64,000 nt of DNA. Source: Candidatus Kapaibacterium sp. (GTDB taxonomy: Bacteria; Bacteroidota; Ignavibacteria; Kapaibacteriales; UBA2268). Position 1 is the stretch's first letter. Each line of letters begins with the position of its first letter. Location of the stretch: assembly GCA_963665665.1 (NCBI GenBank), contig OY762428.1, positions 1,664,001-1,728,000 of the forward strand, read 5' to 3'. The notes beneath the pieces are model-generated. The model searched no databases. It worked only from the letters and a program-made list of their open reading frames with translations, and was not told the DNA's origin. Both the position numbers and the translations under genes were made by a program. Below are positions 18,499 through 28,137 of this stretch, piece after piece.

Positions 18499-18736
18499 AG
18501 GGTATAAAAAAAATTATCCAAAAACTTTTTTTAATAATTTTTCAATTACTTAGCTCATTTGTTGCTGCTCGTGGGTTTTACAATATAAAAAAAGCATCCG
18601 ATAAGATTCGCAGATTTGCCTGAAGCAAGGCGTGCCGGGGCAATATTGTTAAGTATTTCTGACTTACAGAAAAGCATCTGTTTTAATTAGCGGGATATTA
18701 AAATATATTGAAATTAAAAGCTTTGTAAATTTTCCG

Positions 18737-19387
18737 CTACCATTCCGGCTGGGTTATGTATTTATCCAGGCCGCCATCGGATTTTTTTCCGCCGGCTATG
18801 TGTGGTAATGTCAGTTTCTCAATATACTTCCCGATAATATCAAATTCAAGGTTTACTTCATCGCCGGCTTTAAGTTTTCTGAGAATAGTCACGTCCCAGG
18901 TATGAGGAATGATTGTTACCATAAATTTTGGGCCGTCAACCCTTGCAGTAGTCAGGCTTACTCCGTTTATTGTAACAGATCCTGAATTAACAACATACTT
19001 TTCGAACTGAGAAGGGAAGCTTATCCAAACAAGCCGGTCGGTAGCAGTTGCCCCCACCGAAATCACTCTGCCCGGTGTATCAACATGCCCCTGAACAATG
19101 TGGCCGCCCAGTCTGTCGCCAAGCTTTGCCGCCCTTTCCAGGTTTACTTCGTCTCCGGTTCTCATCAATGCAAACGTAGATTTCCGAATTGTTTCCTCTA
19201 CTGCGTCAACGTCAAATGTTGAATCACTAAAAGAGACAACTGTCTGGCAAACGCCGTTAATAGCCACCGAATCGTCAATTTTCAAATCGTCCATTATCTT
19301 TTTTGCTTTCACCCTGATTCTTTTTCCGCCACCCATGGGCGTGATCGATTCGATTTTGCCAACTTCTTCTATCAATCCTGTAAACAT
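18737..19387 (-). CDS. ribE: Riboflavin synthase alpha chain
   Basis: MFTGLIEEVG start, SVAINGVCQTV, VNLERA and GGHIVQGHVD. Confidence 0.95.
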   Translation of the reverse strand: MFTGLIEEVGKIESITPMGGGKRIRVKAKKIMDDLKIDDSVAINGVCQTVVSFSDSTFDVDAVEETIRKSTFALMRTGDEVNLERAAKLGDRLGGHIVQGHVDTPGRVISVGATATDRLVWISFPSQFEKYVVNSGSVTINGVSLTTARVDGPKFMVTIIPHTWDVTILRKLKAGDEVNLEFDIIGKYIEKLTLPHIAGGKKSDGGLDKYITQPEW

Positions 19388-19663
19388 AATTTCCCTCCGG
19401 ATTTATTTCAATTATACCAAATATACAGGTTTTTCTTCAGAATCCGATCAGATTTAAAACTTTATGTTCAGAAATAAAATATGGGTGCAGCAAGCAGTTA
19501 TTATATTTTTCTGATCACAATAATTCTGATAGTGACGCTTACTATTCTTATCTTGTCTAAAAACAATGCAATTATAATTTCAACTAACTCAACACAATAG
19601 TTATTATCAAAATTATTCTTTAATAATTATTTTATGTATTTTCGCAGGAAGATAATTTCGAGG

Positions 19664-20788
19664 ATGATTTTGAAACGTATAATATTTATTGATTTAATAA
19701 GGACATTTGCCATTCTGTCGATGGTGCAGGGGCATTTGATATCTGGTGTGCTGGCAGAGAAATTTACCCAATCGGGTTCCGCCCTTTACAGCTACTGGAA
19801 TTTTAACCGGGGTTTAACTGCACCGGTATTTTTCTTTGTTTCGGGATGCATTTTCACTTACCTTCTGTTTAAAAAAAATGAAAACAGCTTCCTGGAAAAC
19901 CCGAGAGTAAAAAAGGGAATTAAAAGGGCCCTGGTACTGATCGGAACCGGCTATCTGCTCCAGTTCAACATGGATATAATATGGGCTCTCCCGAATATAA
20001 ACATTATGGATTTTACCCACATGTTTCTTTCCCATGTGCTGCATTGCATAGGGTTTGGCCTGCTGGCTATTATTGGTGCGTATTTCCTGCATAAAAAGAT
20101 GAAAATGCCATATCCTTTGTTATCAGTAATAGCAGCCCTCGGAATTTTCCTGATAACTCCAACGGTTAATTCCATCAACTGGCTTGAGATATTTCCACTA
20201 CCGGTAGCAACTTACTTCAACAAGGATTATAATTCAATATTCCCGCTATTTCCCTGGGTTGGATTCGTTTTCTGGGGAAGTGCTCTTGGGTGGGTTATTC
20301 ACAAACGGCCGGGATTTGTTGATAGTTATTTCTTTCCGCTGATCCTTGTAATCCTTGGCATAATATTGAAACTATCCAGAACGGATTTGTTGGAATTGGC
20401 TTATGAATACACCGGTTGGGAGAATTTTAAAGAAATTTTCATGTACGATTATACTTTCTACCACCTGCCGCATGTACTTATTGTTTTTGGGATTTTTGCT
20501 TTAATTCCAATGATATTCAGAAAAATCCCCAAAGGTATGCTGGAAATAGGCCAGAATACGCTGCTTGTGTATGTACTTCATGTGCTTTTACTATATGGCT
20601 GCACATTTTACTCCGGGCTGGTTCCTGCTTTCAAGCACAGTCTTGATCCCATTCAGAGTATTCTGATGGCTCTTATTAGTGAAATTTTGCTGATAGTGCT
20701 TGTTCTAAAAAGACAATTCTTCATCGACCTGTACTTCAAATACAAACCAATATTTTTGAACAAGCTTGCAAGGATTAAAACGAAATAA
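19664..20788 (+). CDS. Membrane acyltransferase-like protein (HGSNAT/DUF1624 family)
   Basis: RIIFIDLIR..AI..MVQGH, TAPVFFFVSG, HVLHCIG and FPLFPW motifs; many TM helices. Confidence 0.75.
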   Translation: MILKRIIFIDLIRTFAILSMVQGHLISGVLAEKFTQSGSALYSYWNFNRGLTAPVFFFVSGCIFTYLLFKKNENSFLENPRVKKGIKRALVLIGTGYLLQFNMDIIWALPNINIMDFTHMFLSHVLHCIGFGLLAIIGAYFLHKKMKMPYPLLSVIAALGIFLITPTVNSINWLEIFPLPVATYFNKDYNSIFPLFPWVGFVFWGSALGWVIHKRPGFVDSYFFPLILVILGIILKLSRTDLLELAYEYTGWENFKEIFMYDYTFYHLPHVLIVFGIFALIPMIFRKIPKGMLEIGQNTLLVYVLHVLLLYGCTFYSGLVPAFKHSLDPIQSILMALISEILLIVLVLKRQFFIDLYFKYKPIFLNKLARIKTK

Positions 20789-20842
20789 ATTTTTCAGATT
20801 TAATACTATCCGGCCATCCGGGAAAGCGGTTAGACATTTCAA

Positions 20843-21616
20843 CTATTGGCAATTATTTTCGATTATATATTTCCCTAAACCATCAATCTCAAAATCAATT
20901 TCCTCATAATTTTGTTCGAACTTATCATAACCGACCTTCAATTCCTTCCAGAAATCAATTAGTTTTTTATCAGCTGAATATCTGGAGGAGAATTGCTTCC
21001 ATTTTGCCTTGTTCATTTCAAAAGGAAAAATATATACCGGAATTTTGCTTTGGCCATTTTTGGCAGCCAGCAAACAAATCGGGTATATTTCCTTTATCAG
21101 GTCATCTGTAACTGGCAGGCAACCCAGAGTATAACATCCGCCATGTATATAGATATCTCCTCCCAGATCAGGAGCATACCCGCGAATGCTGTCAGACTTA
21201 TTAGGGTAATTAATTCCAAGCGACAAATAGAAACGGCTTTGCGGATTAAACACTTTGATATAATAAAAACCTTCGGGCACCTGTTTATCACCTGATCTTC
21301 TTTTAGGACCGGGAATGCCGCTGGACTTACATATTTTATACTTGCTCAGCAATTCATACTTCGTGCTGTCCCTGTGCCGGACATATAGCAGAATATCCCT
21401 GCTTTCCTTAATTGCGACTAACAAAGTATGGTAATTATTTTCATTGAGATTCTTTTTTTTCAGCATTTTTAAAATTTTTGACTTCTTTTCTTTAAATGCT
21501 TCTTTTACCCTGTCTTCATCCAGTTGGCCACTGAAAAAATCCTCCGAACCAAATACCAACATCCCAAAAACAAAAGATATTATTACTGACAAAACTCCGA
21601 TAAATCCTCTACTCAT
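20843..21616 (-). CDS. L,D-transpeptidase family protein (YafK/DpaA-like)
   Basis: SG.PGPK...GDKQVPEGFY, FYLSLGINYPN and catalytic IYIHGGCYTLGC. Confidence 0.9.
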   Translation of the reverse strand: MSRGFIGVLSVIISFVFGMLVFGSEDFFSGQLDEDRVKEAFKEKKSKILKMLKKKNLNENNYHTLLVAIKESRDILLYVRHRDSTKYELLSKYKICKSSGIPGPKRRSGDKQVPEGFYYIKVFNPQSRFYLSLGINYPNKSDSIRGYAPDLGGDIYIHGGCYTLGCLPVTDDLIKEIYPICLLAAKNGQSKIPVYIFPFEMNKAKWKQFSSRYSADKKLIDFWKELKVGYDKFEQNYEEIDFEIDGLGKYIIENNCQ

Positions 21617-21841
21617 TTTTTACCTTTACGTTTAGCTTATTATTTTAATAATGATAATTTCTATGAATATAACAAAAATAATCAAATTATCCGATGATTT
21701 TGCAGTTATATGTTAAAGCCAATTTTCCCTGGCGGGAATATCACTTTAATCTCAGATTCCCTTAAATAATAACTGACTCATTGAATCAATTAATTATTCA
21801 TACTTGAAAAAATCATTTCTCCACTTTTTTTATTTACAAAC

Positions 21842-21868
21842 TAAATTATTTTCGTTATTATACGATAA
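21842..21868 (+). promoter_or_regulatory. Possible sigma-28 (FliA) promoter for the flagellar cluster
   Basis: TAAA-N15-TACGATAA versus consensus TAAA-N15-GCCGATAA, about 90 bp upstream of fliJ. Confidence 0.45.
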
Positions 21869-21958
21869 TAATAATTAGCAGGCGTTGCAATCGTCTTTGT
21901 TATTATGTGTGATTTATCGCGGACTGACTATAGTTATTAATATACCGGGTAGAAATAA

Positions 21959-22396
21959 ATGAAAAAATTCTCTTTCAGGCTTGATCCTGTTCTCAGGCTT
22001 CGCGAGCATAAAGTTCGCGAGGAGAAGGAAGCATTCGGGCAGGCTGTAAGTTCCAGGCTTAGCAAGGAAGAACAAATCAGGCTTAAGAAAGAATACCAGG
22101 GAAAGATCCTGAAAATGAAAGCAATATCCGGAAAGGCAGAAAATATTCAGGCTATTTACCATCATAGTATTTTTATTAAAGATGAGATTAAGATGCTGGA
22201 GCACGAAAGAAGTCAGCTAATAGAAATTGAATCTGCCAGGAGGATTAAACTGACCGAGGCCATGAAAAACGAGAAGATAATTACCAAGCTTAAAGAAAAA
22301 AAGAAAGATGACTATAATATTGAAAACAACCGCGAGGAAACCTCGAATTTAGATGAAATTGCAAGGAATAGCAGAAATGATGAATTTAAACTGTAA
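21959..22396 (+). CDS. fliJ: Flagellar export protein FliJ
   Basis: MKKFSFRLDPVLRLRE, coiled coil and KLKEKK...E...LDE; position in a flagellar cluster. Confidence 0.85.
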   Translation: MKKFSFRLDPVLRLREHKVREEKEAFGQAVSSRLSKEEQIRLKKEYQGKILKMKAISGKAENIQAIYHHSIFIKDEIKMLEHERSQLIEIESARRIKLTEAMKNEKIITKLKEKKKDDYNIENNREETSNLDEIARNSRNDEFKL

Positions 22397-22402
22397 CAGC
22401 AA

Positions 22403-23089
22403 ATGAGTGCCAAGACATTAATAATAATTGTTGCCGTGCTGGCAATTCTGATGACAGCAATCACCGTCGGTATTGTAGGGGTATATAAATATGACAGGAC
22501 TCTGCTCGGGTTACCCCCCGCCCCGCCTGATTCAACAGTACAGGACACAACACAGATATGGTTCAATATATCCGAAAAAAGATATAATTACCTGGAGAAA
22601 AGCCTTAAACAGAAAAATCAATACAAAAAGCAAAAAGACTCTCTTGAAAAATTAAAAAAAAATCTCCTGGATTCGATTAAAGCAGTTCAGGCAAGTCTGG
22701 GAATGTTCAATGATTCGATTAAAACCGTTGAAAAATCCAAGAACCTTACTTTGAAGGAAAAATCAAAGCTCAATGATTCCCTGAAAAAATTGAACCAGGA
22801 ATATATGCAGGCCCAACGAAAGATCGAGCTGGAAAAAGAACTTCAGAAAAATCTTGAAAAAGAACTAACCCAGAAACAAGATTCTTCTAAAACAAAAAAC
22901 TTCGAAACATTTGCGAAAATTTATAATAATTCCAGTGCCGCGGAAGTTGCCCGTATCCTGGAACAGATAGACGAGCAGGACGCCGCAAAAATTCTCAAAC
23001 TTATGAAGCAGAAAAAAGCTGGCAAGGTTATTGAAGCTATGCAACCTGAACAAGCCGCTGCAATTTTATTACTTGGCGGCTACGAGTAA
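22403..23089 (+). CDS. MotE/FlbB/YlxF-like flagellar protein (MgtE N-terminal-like domain)
   Basis: N-terminal TM, coiled coil and AKIYN......A.ILEQ.....AAKIL..MK.KKAGKVI..M.PEQAA; lies between fliJ and fliK. Confidence 0.8.
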   Translation: MSAKTLIIIVAVLAILMTAITVGIVGVYKYDRTLLGLPPAPPDSTVQDTTQIWFNISEKRYNYLEKSLKQKNQYKKQKDSLEKLKKNLLDSIKAVQASLGMFNDSIKTVEKSKNLTLKEKSKLNDSLKKLNQEYMQAQRKIELEKELQKNLEKELTQKQDSSKTKNFETFAKIYNNSSAAEVARILEQIDEQDAAKILKLMKQKKAGKVIEAMQPEQAAAILLLGGYE

Positions 23090-23135
23090 AAAAGGACAGG
23101 AAGTCCGTTTACAACCACAGTGCAGGGAAGCGCTA

Positions 23136-25388
23136 ATGACAATGCAGGCTAATAACGTTCTTGCCAATTCGGCAGGTAAGGGACTATCGTTGAATAAACC
23201 CCGGGGAAACAATTCCGGGAAAGGATTGTTCAGCAATATTCTTCTGGCAAGTCTCGGCAATAGTTCAACTACCCTTAATTCTACAAAAAACAATATGTTT
23301 AATATCAGCTCCAAGGGGCTGAAAAAAGGGGAAATACGCCTGCAGTTGAAAAGCACAAAGCCTGCTGATCCTGATATTACAGATGCTGAAAATGCCACTG
23401 TACTAAATGGAAGCTCCGGGATAGCTCTCTTCACAAAGCAAAAATATTCTGAAGTTAAAAAGAGTATTCCGGTATCATCGATGGCTGCTATTATTAACCA
23501 TACAAAGCATTCTGCACAAAATCATACACTGAAAATTAAAAATAAAACAACCGAAAACAGTGATAATAATGGTGTGGGAAAAAATTCTTCAACAAAATCT
23601 GATGTCAAAATAAAATTGACCAAACCATCACTTGGATCGAACCTGAATAAAAATGCTCAAAGCAGCGATGCAAATATTAACAAAACAAGTAACAAAGCAA
23701 GTATTTCGGCCAAATCAGATAGTGATCTTAATATTAAAGAAACAGTAGATAATAAATCATCTGCTGCAATAGCATCATTGAAGCAATCAGTGATCGGTTC
23801 AACAAATACCAGCAGTAGCAGCGCCGGAGAAAAAAGCACAAGTATCGCAGCCACAACGGTAAATAACAGATCCATAACAATTAACAGATCTATAGGTAAA
23901 AGCGATACCCTTAGCGGTAATATTATCAGTAATTCCACAGCAGAGAAAAGCCTCCAGGCTCGTCCTGATAAAATCAACCCCTTAGTTTCAAATAACGGAA
24001 ATTTAACTAAATCAGATAATTCGGCTGTCAATACCAAATCATCAGGCATAAGTTCACTAAGCAATTTGCAAAAAAGTACTGAAGCACTAAAAAACAATAA
24101 ATCAGTTCAGAAAAATGTTAGCGAAAATACTGAAACAAAACTGAATAAACCTGCCGATATTATTAATGATAATATCTCAAAGATTACTTTAAACAAAAAG
24201 CAGGATCGGAAATATAATCAAAACAGTGTTAATGATGCAGCTAATAGTAAAAACGGCATATCCCGGAATAATAATATCAATGATAATATCTCAAAGATTA
24301 CTTTAAACAAAAAGCAGGATCGGAAATATAATCAAAACAGTGTTAATGATGCCGCTAATAGTAAAAACGGCATATCCCGGAATAATAATATCAATGGAAA
24401 TATCTCAAAGATTACTTTAGACAAAAAGCAGGATCGGAAATACAATCAAAACAGTGTTATTGATGCAGCTAATAGTAAAAACGAAAAAAACAATCCCGCT
24501 TCTTCAGCAATTAATGATACCAATGTAGAGAAGAAAGATAATTCTGCAACAGTTTTAAACAAAAATATTGCTGATACTGCTCAATCCTTAAAAAATAATA
24601 GAAATACAGCAGTTAAAGATTCAATTGTTCAGACAACCGTTAGTATTGCACCGGTTGTTCAGCAAACAGATACAAAGTCCGTTAAGAAAAGTGCGTATAT
24701 CTCAGGCTCACAGGATTATCAGGCTGTTGAAGGCAGTAAAGATAATATTTCAGCTACGCAAGTTAGTACGAAAACAGATTCCGGCAATGAAAAGAAAAAC
24801 CAGGATTCTGCAAATGAAAAATTGGGCGCTAATATAATCGAAAATATCAGCAGCAGGAATCTGGCGAATAAAGTTGCTTCTGCATATAATGCTGCAGCAA
24901 ATATTAGTTCGGGAACAGATTCATCAGCTTCAGTGCAGGGCAATAACACCACAACAAGAACAATTTTGCCAAATGAAATTACATCCAGAACACTTACAAT
25001 GGCAAAAAATCTGAACGGCGACGGCACTACAAGCGCCAAGCTTCAGTTGCAACCGGCAACTCTCGGCTCTATAAATATTGATATAAGTATTGTAAATTCA
25101 ACTGTAAAGCTTGTTTTCAAAGCAGATACCCGCGAAACAATGCAGATGATAGAAAACCAGGCAGCAGGGCTAAAAGAAAGCTTTGCCAAGCTTGGCCTTA
25201 AAATGGAATCGTTCGATGTAAAATACGAGAGTAAAGACAATTACTCAGAAAATAATTCAAATAATCAGTTTAACAGGAACAGTAACTCCAACGGCAGGCA
25301 GCAGAGTACAAAGCAGGAATACCTGAATACTCTGAAAGCAATGTCAGAACAGAATCTTACTGATTCCATAAATAACTATTTACAATAA
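23136..25388 (+). CDS. fliK: Flagellar hook-length control protein FliK
   Basis: Long N/S/K-rich low-complexity region and C-terminal AKLQLQPATLGSINIDI domain; precedes flgD. The ATG at 23136 follows an AGGGAAG RBS-like sequence. Confidence 0.85.
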   Translation: MTMQANNVLANSAGKGLSLNKPRGNNSGKGLFSNILLASLGNSSTTLNSTKNNMFNISSKGLKKGEIRLQLKSTKPADPDITDAENATVLNGSSGIALFTKQKYSEVKKSIPVSSMAAIINHTKHSAQNHTLKIKNKTTENSDNNGVGKNSSTKSDVKIKLTKPSLGSNLNKNAQSSDANINKTSNKASISAKSDSDLNIKETVDNKSSAAIASLKQSVIGSTNTSSSSAGEKSTSIAATTVNNRSITINRSIGKSDTLSGNIISNSTAEKSLQARPDKINPLVSNNGNLTKSDNSAVNTKSSGISSLSNLQKSTEALKNNKSVQKNVSENTETKLNKPADIINDNISKITLNKKQDRKYNQNSVNDAANSKNGISRNNNINDNISKITLNKKQDRKYNQNSVNDAANSKNGISRNNNINGNISKITLDKKQDRKYNQNSVIDAANSKNEKNNPASSAINDTNVEKKDNSATVLNKNIADTAQSLKNNRNTAVKDSIVQTTVSIAPVVQQTDTKSVKKSAYISGSQDYQAVEGSKDNISATQVSTKTDSGNEKKNQDSANEKLGANIIENISSRNLANKVASAYNAAANISSGTDSSASVQGNNTTTRTILPNEITSRTLTMAKNLNGDGTTSAKLQLQPATLGSINIDISIVNSTVKLVFKADTRETMQMIENQAAGLKESFAKLGLKMESFDVKYESKDNYSENNSNNQFNRNSNSNGRQQSTKQEYLNTLKAMSEQNLTDSINNYLQ
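24165..24483 (+). repeat. ~2.8 copies of a 114-bp (38-aa) tandem repeat inside fliK
   Basis: Units start at 24165, 24279 and 24393 (NDNISKITLNKKQDRKYNQNSVNDAANSKNGISRNNNI) and are near-identical at DNA level. Confidence 0.95.
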
Positions 25389-25408
25389 ATCCACGGGGGG
25401 ATTTTATA

Positions 25409-26089
25409 ATGGCAACAGAAGGAATAAGTTCCATGTCCGAAAGTACACAAAGCTACACAAGTGCCAGCTCGGCATCGAGCGTAAGCAAAGAAGAATTTCT
25501 CAGGCTTCTGACATACCAGTTGAAAAGTCAGAATCCGCTTAGTCCGTATGACAACCAGGAATTTGCTTCACAATTGGCACAGTTCTCTCAGCTGGAACAA
25601 CTAACGGACATGAAGTCACTCCTGGAAGAGCAGATTCAATCAAATCTGCTTCTTACCCAGACAATTTCCAATACAGCACTGCCGGGATTACTCGGAAAGA
25701 CGGCGAAATCACTAACCGGCAGCTTTAGCTATAATGGAGATAACCAGATGAACATAGGATATTCCCTGCCATTCGCAGGCAAATCAGGTAATATAACTAT
25801 AACTGATTCAGCAGGCGCAGTTGTTCGGAATATTGAACTTAACGGTTCTGAACTGAGCAGCGGTTATCACGCCTACGAATGGGACGGGCTTGATAATAAC
25901 GGGAACAGTGTTGCTGCCGGAACTTATAATATCGAGTGTAATATTACCGATTCGAATGGATCCACGGTAAATGCCGATACTTATATGACCGGAAAAATTG
26001 AAAGCGTAAAATTCAAATCAGAAGGCACGGTTCTTGTTGTAGACGGGCAGGAAGTGGCGCTGTCTGATATTGAAGATATTTCCACTTAA
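25409..26089 (+). CDS. flgD: Flagellar hook capping protein FlgD
   Basis: FLRLLTYQLKSQNPLSP..NQEFASQLAQFSQLEQ and YEWDGLDNNG motifs. Confidence 0.95.
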   Translation: MATEGISSMSESTQSYTSASSASSVSKEEFLRLLTYQLKSQNPLSPYDNQEFASQLAQFSQLEQLTDMKSLLEEQIQSNLLLTQTISNTALPGLLGKTAKSLTGSFSYNGDNQMNIGYSLPFAGKSGNITITDSAGAVVRNIELNGSELSSGYHAYEWDGLDNNGNSVAAGTYNIECNITDSNGSTVNADTYMTGKIESVKFKSEGTVLVVDGQEVALSDIEDIST

Positions 26090-26122
26090 TAAACTATTGT
26101 TTAACTAAATACAGGAGTAAAC

Positions 26123-26509
26123 GTGCCTGAGATAAATGGTGTATCCGTACCTTTCCTGCCAGCCGGCGGGGTTGACGGACTTAGCAGGAAGCCAAGCCAG
26201 ACCCTGAAAGGAACAGGAAGCGTACCATTTGAAGATGTCTTCCGGGAGGAACTTGGCAAAGTTAAGTTCTCCGGGCATGCTAAAACACGCATGACAGGAC
26301 GGGACATTGCTCTCAGCGATACCGAAATGACAAGGCTTGAAAGCGCAGTTGATAAAGCCACGGAAAAGGGCGCGAAGGAATCGCTTGTTCTTTATCCCGA
26401 TAAAGCTTTTATCGTAAGCGTTCCGAACAGGACTGTTATTACCGCAATGGACAGGCAGCAGCTGGACAACGGGGTGATAACGAATATCGACTCTGCCGTT
26501 ATGGCATGA
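26123..26509 (+). CDS. Flagellar operon protein (TIGR02530-like)
   Basis: VKFSGHAKTRM..R.I, KGAKESLVL, FIVSVPNRTVITAMD and ITNIDSAV; between flgD and flgE; GTG start. Confidence 0.85.
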   Translation: MPEINGVSVPFLPAGGVDGLSRKPSQTLKGTGSVPFEDVFREELGKVKFSGHAKTRMTGRDIALSDTEMTRLESAVDKATEKGAKESLVLYPDKAFIVSVPNRTVITAMDRQQLDNGVITNIDSAVMA

Positions 26510-26510
26510 C

Positions 26511-26566
26511 AGGGGTTGGACCCTTACGGGGGACCCCTCCGCTGCCCCGACCGACTGACGGGCGGC
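26511..26566 (+). promoter_or_regulatory. Two-hairpin structured RNA element in the flgE leader
   Basis: AGGGGT-tgga-CCC-ttac-GGG-gg-ACCCCT followed by GCTGCCC-cgaccgactgac-GGGCGGC; no U-tract. Confidence 0.55.
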
Positions 26567-26618
26567 AAACAAAATTTAATTCAAGGATGAACTGATATTT
26601 TAACCATGGAGGGAAAAT

Positions 26619-27941
26619 ATGGGGATCGCAAGATCACTTACCACCGGAGCGAGTTCGTTGCGTGCACATCAGCAGCGAATGGACGTAATCGCCAATAATA
26701 TTTCCAATACTAATACTGTTGGTTACAAATCCGAAAGAGCATCATTCGTAGAACAATTCAGCCAGGTATATTCCATGGGCTCATCGCCGAACTACAGGGC
26801 CGGAAACGGCAGCGGCGGCGTTAACCCGCTGCAATTCGGGCTTGGTGTTAAACTTGGGGCTGTTACCCCGGATATGAGCCAGGGCTCGCTTGAAACTACA
26901 ACAAGAAATCTTGACCTTGCCCTGCAGGGAGACGGTTTCTTTGTTTACGAAATGAATGGTAGCCAGCTTTATTCCAGGGCCGGCAATATTGTTCAGGATC
27001 AGGACGGCTTTTTTGTCGATTCTTCAACTGGTGCATACCTGCAGGGGTATAATGTTGAAACCGACGCAAGCGGAAAGATCGTTAAAGATGAAAATGATAT
27101 TAACATTCTGGACAGGCAGGTTACTGATATTCAGATAGAATCTTCTGTGATTTCAGAACCAAAGCAAACTCAGAACATAAAACTTCAGGGTAATCTGAAT
27201 GCTAACGCCGCCGAAGGCGACGAAAGGAAAACAAGTATTAATATCTTCGACAATCTTGGCGGAAGCCGTACTCTGGGACTGACTTTTACCAAAACAGCCA
27301 ATGCTAACGAATACACTATTGCCGGTTCTATCGACGGGGTGGACCTTACACTCGGCACTACAACACTTACTTTCAATGCCGACGGAACTCTGAATACTCC
27401 TACCGATCTGGCAATCGCGGCAGCAGACCTGAACGCTGCGCTCGGTTCTACTGTTTTCGACGAGAACACACCGCAGGACATTACAGTTAGCCTTTCCGAA
27501 TCCGGTAATCTTGGCGGCAGCCTGACAAATTTCTCCGGCCTTAATACCGTTACTATCTCCGAACAGGACGGATATAAAGCCGGCGACCTCGTTGACCTTT
27601 CGGTTGATAACGAAGGAAGGGTATGGGGTTCATTCACCAATGGCCAGTCCGAACTACTCGGGCAGGTAGTTATGGCAAAATTTGCCAATAACGAAGGCCT
27701 GGTGAAAGAAGGCGGAAACTTTTTCAGTGTATCGCCGAACAGCGGGCTGGTGAATATCGGCACTGCCGGGGAAATATTCCCCTCAACAAACATTATCGGG
27801 CAGGCGCTGGAACAGTCCAATGTTGACCTGACTACGGAGTTCACGGAAATGATCTCAACCCAGAGGGCTTACGAGGCAGCCTCGCGAACCGTTACCGTAA
27901 CCGATCAGATGCTTAGTATTGTAAATACACTTAAGAGGTAA
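26619..27941 (+). CDS. flgE: Flagellar hook protein FlgE
   Basis: MDVIANNISNTNTVGYK, DLALQGDGFF, YSRAG and LEQSNVDLTTEFTEMISTQRAYEA motifs. Confidence 0.95.
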   Translation: MGIARSLTTGASSLRAHQQRMDVIANNISNTNTVGYKSERASFVEQFSQVYSMGSSPNYRAGNGSGGVNPLQFGLGVKLGAVTPDMSQGSLETTTRNLDLALQGDGFFVYEMNGSQLYSRAGNIVQDQDGFFVDSSTGAYLQGYNVETDASGKIVKDENDINILDRQVTDIQIESSVISEPKQTQNIKLQGNLNANAAEGDERKTSINIFDNLGGSRTLGLTFTKTANANEYTIAGSIDGVDLTLGTTTLTFNADGTLNTPTDLAIAAADLNAALGSTVFDENTPQDITVSLSESGNLGGSLTNFSGLNTVTISEQDGYKAGDLVDLSVDNEGRVWGSFTNGQSELLGQVVMAKFANNEGLVKEGGNFFSVSPNSGLVNIGTAGEIFPSTNIIGQALEQSNVDLTTEFTEMISTQRAYEAASRTVTVTDQMLSIVNTLKR

Positions 27942-28022
27942 TAGATATATAAGATAAAACATATTTCATCGCCGGAGAATCATTCCTGATAAACCGGCCC
28001 CAATACAATAAATAATATTCCG

Positions 28023-28052
28023 AACAGGAGCCGACGGGTTCCTGTTTTTTTT
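28023..28052 (+). terminator. Intrinsic terminator after flgE
   Basis: AACAGGAGCC-gac-GGGTTCCTGTT followed by a T-tract. Confidence 0.75.
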
Positions 28053-28137
28053 GTAATATGATTTCAATATATCGCTGGTTCCGATAAATCCCCGACACGT
28101 CGGTGCCGGCGGTGGACAGATGTAACCGAAAAATTAC

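Noticed and set aside
21874-21890. Sigma-54 promoter before fliJ (TTAGCAGGCGTTGCA)
   Set aside because: It lacks the invariant GG-N10-GC spacing.
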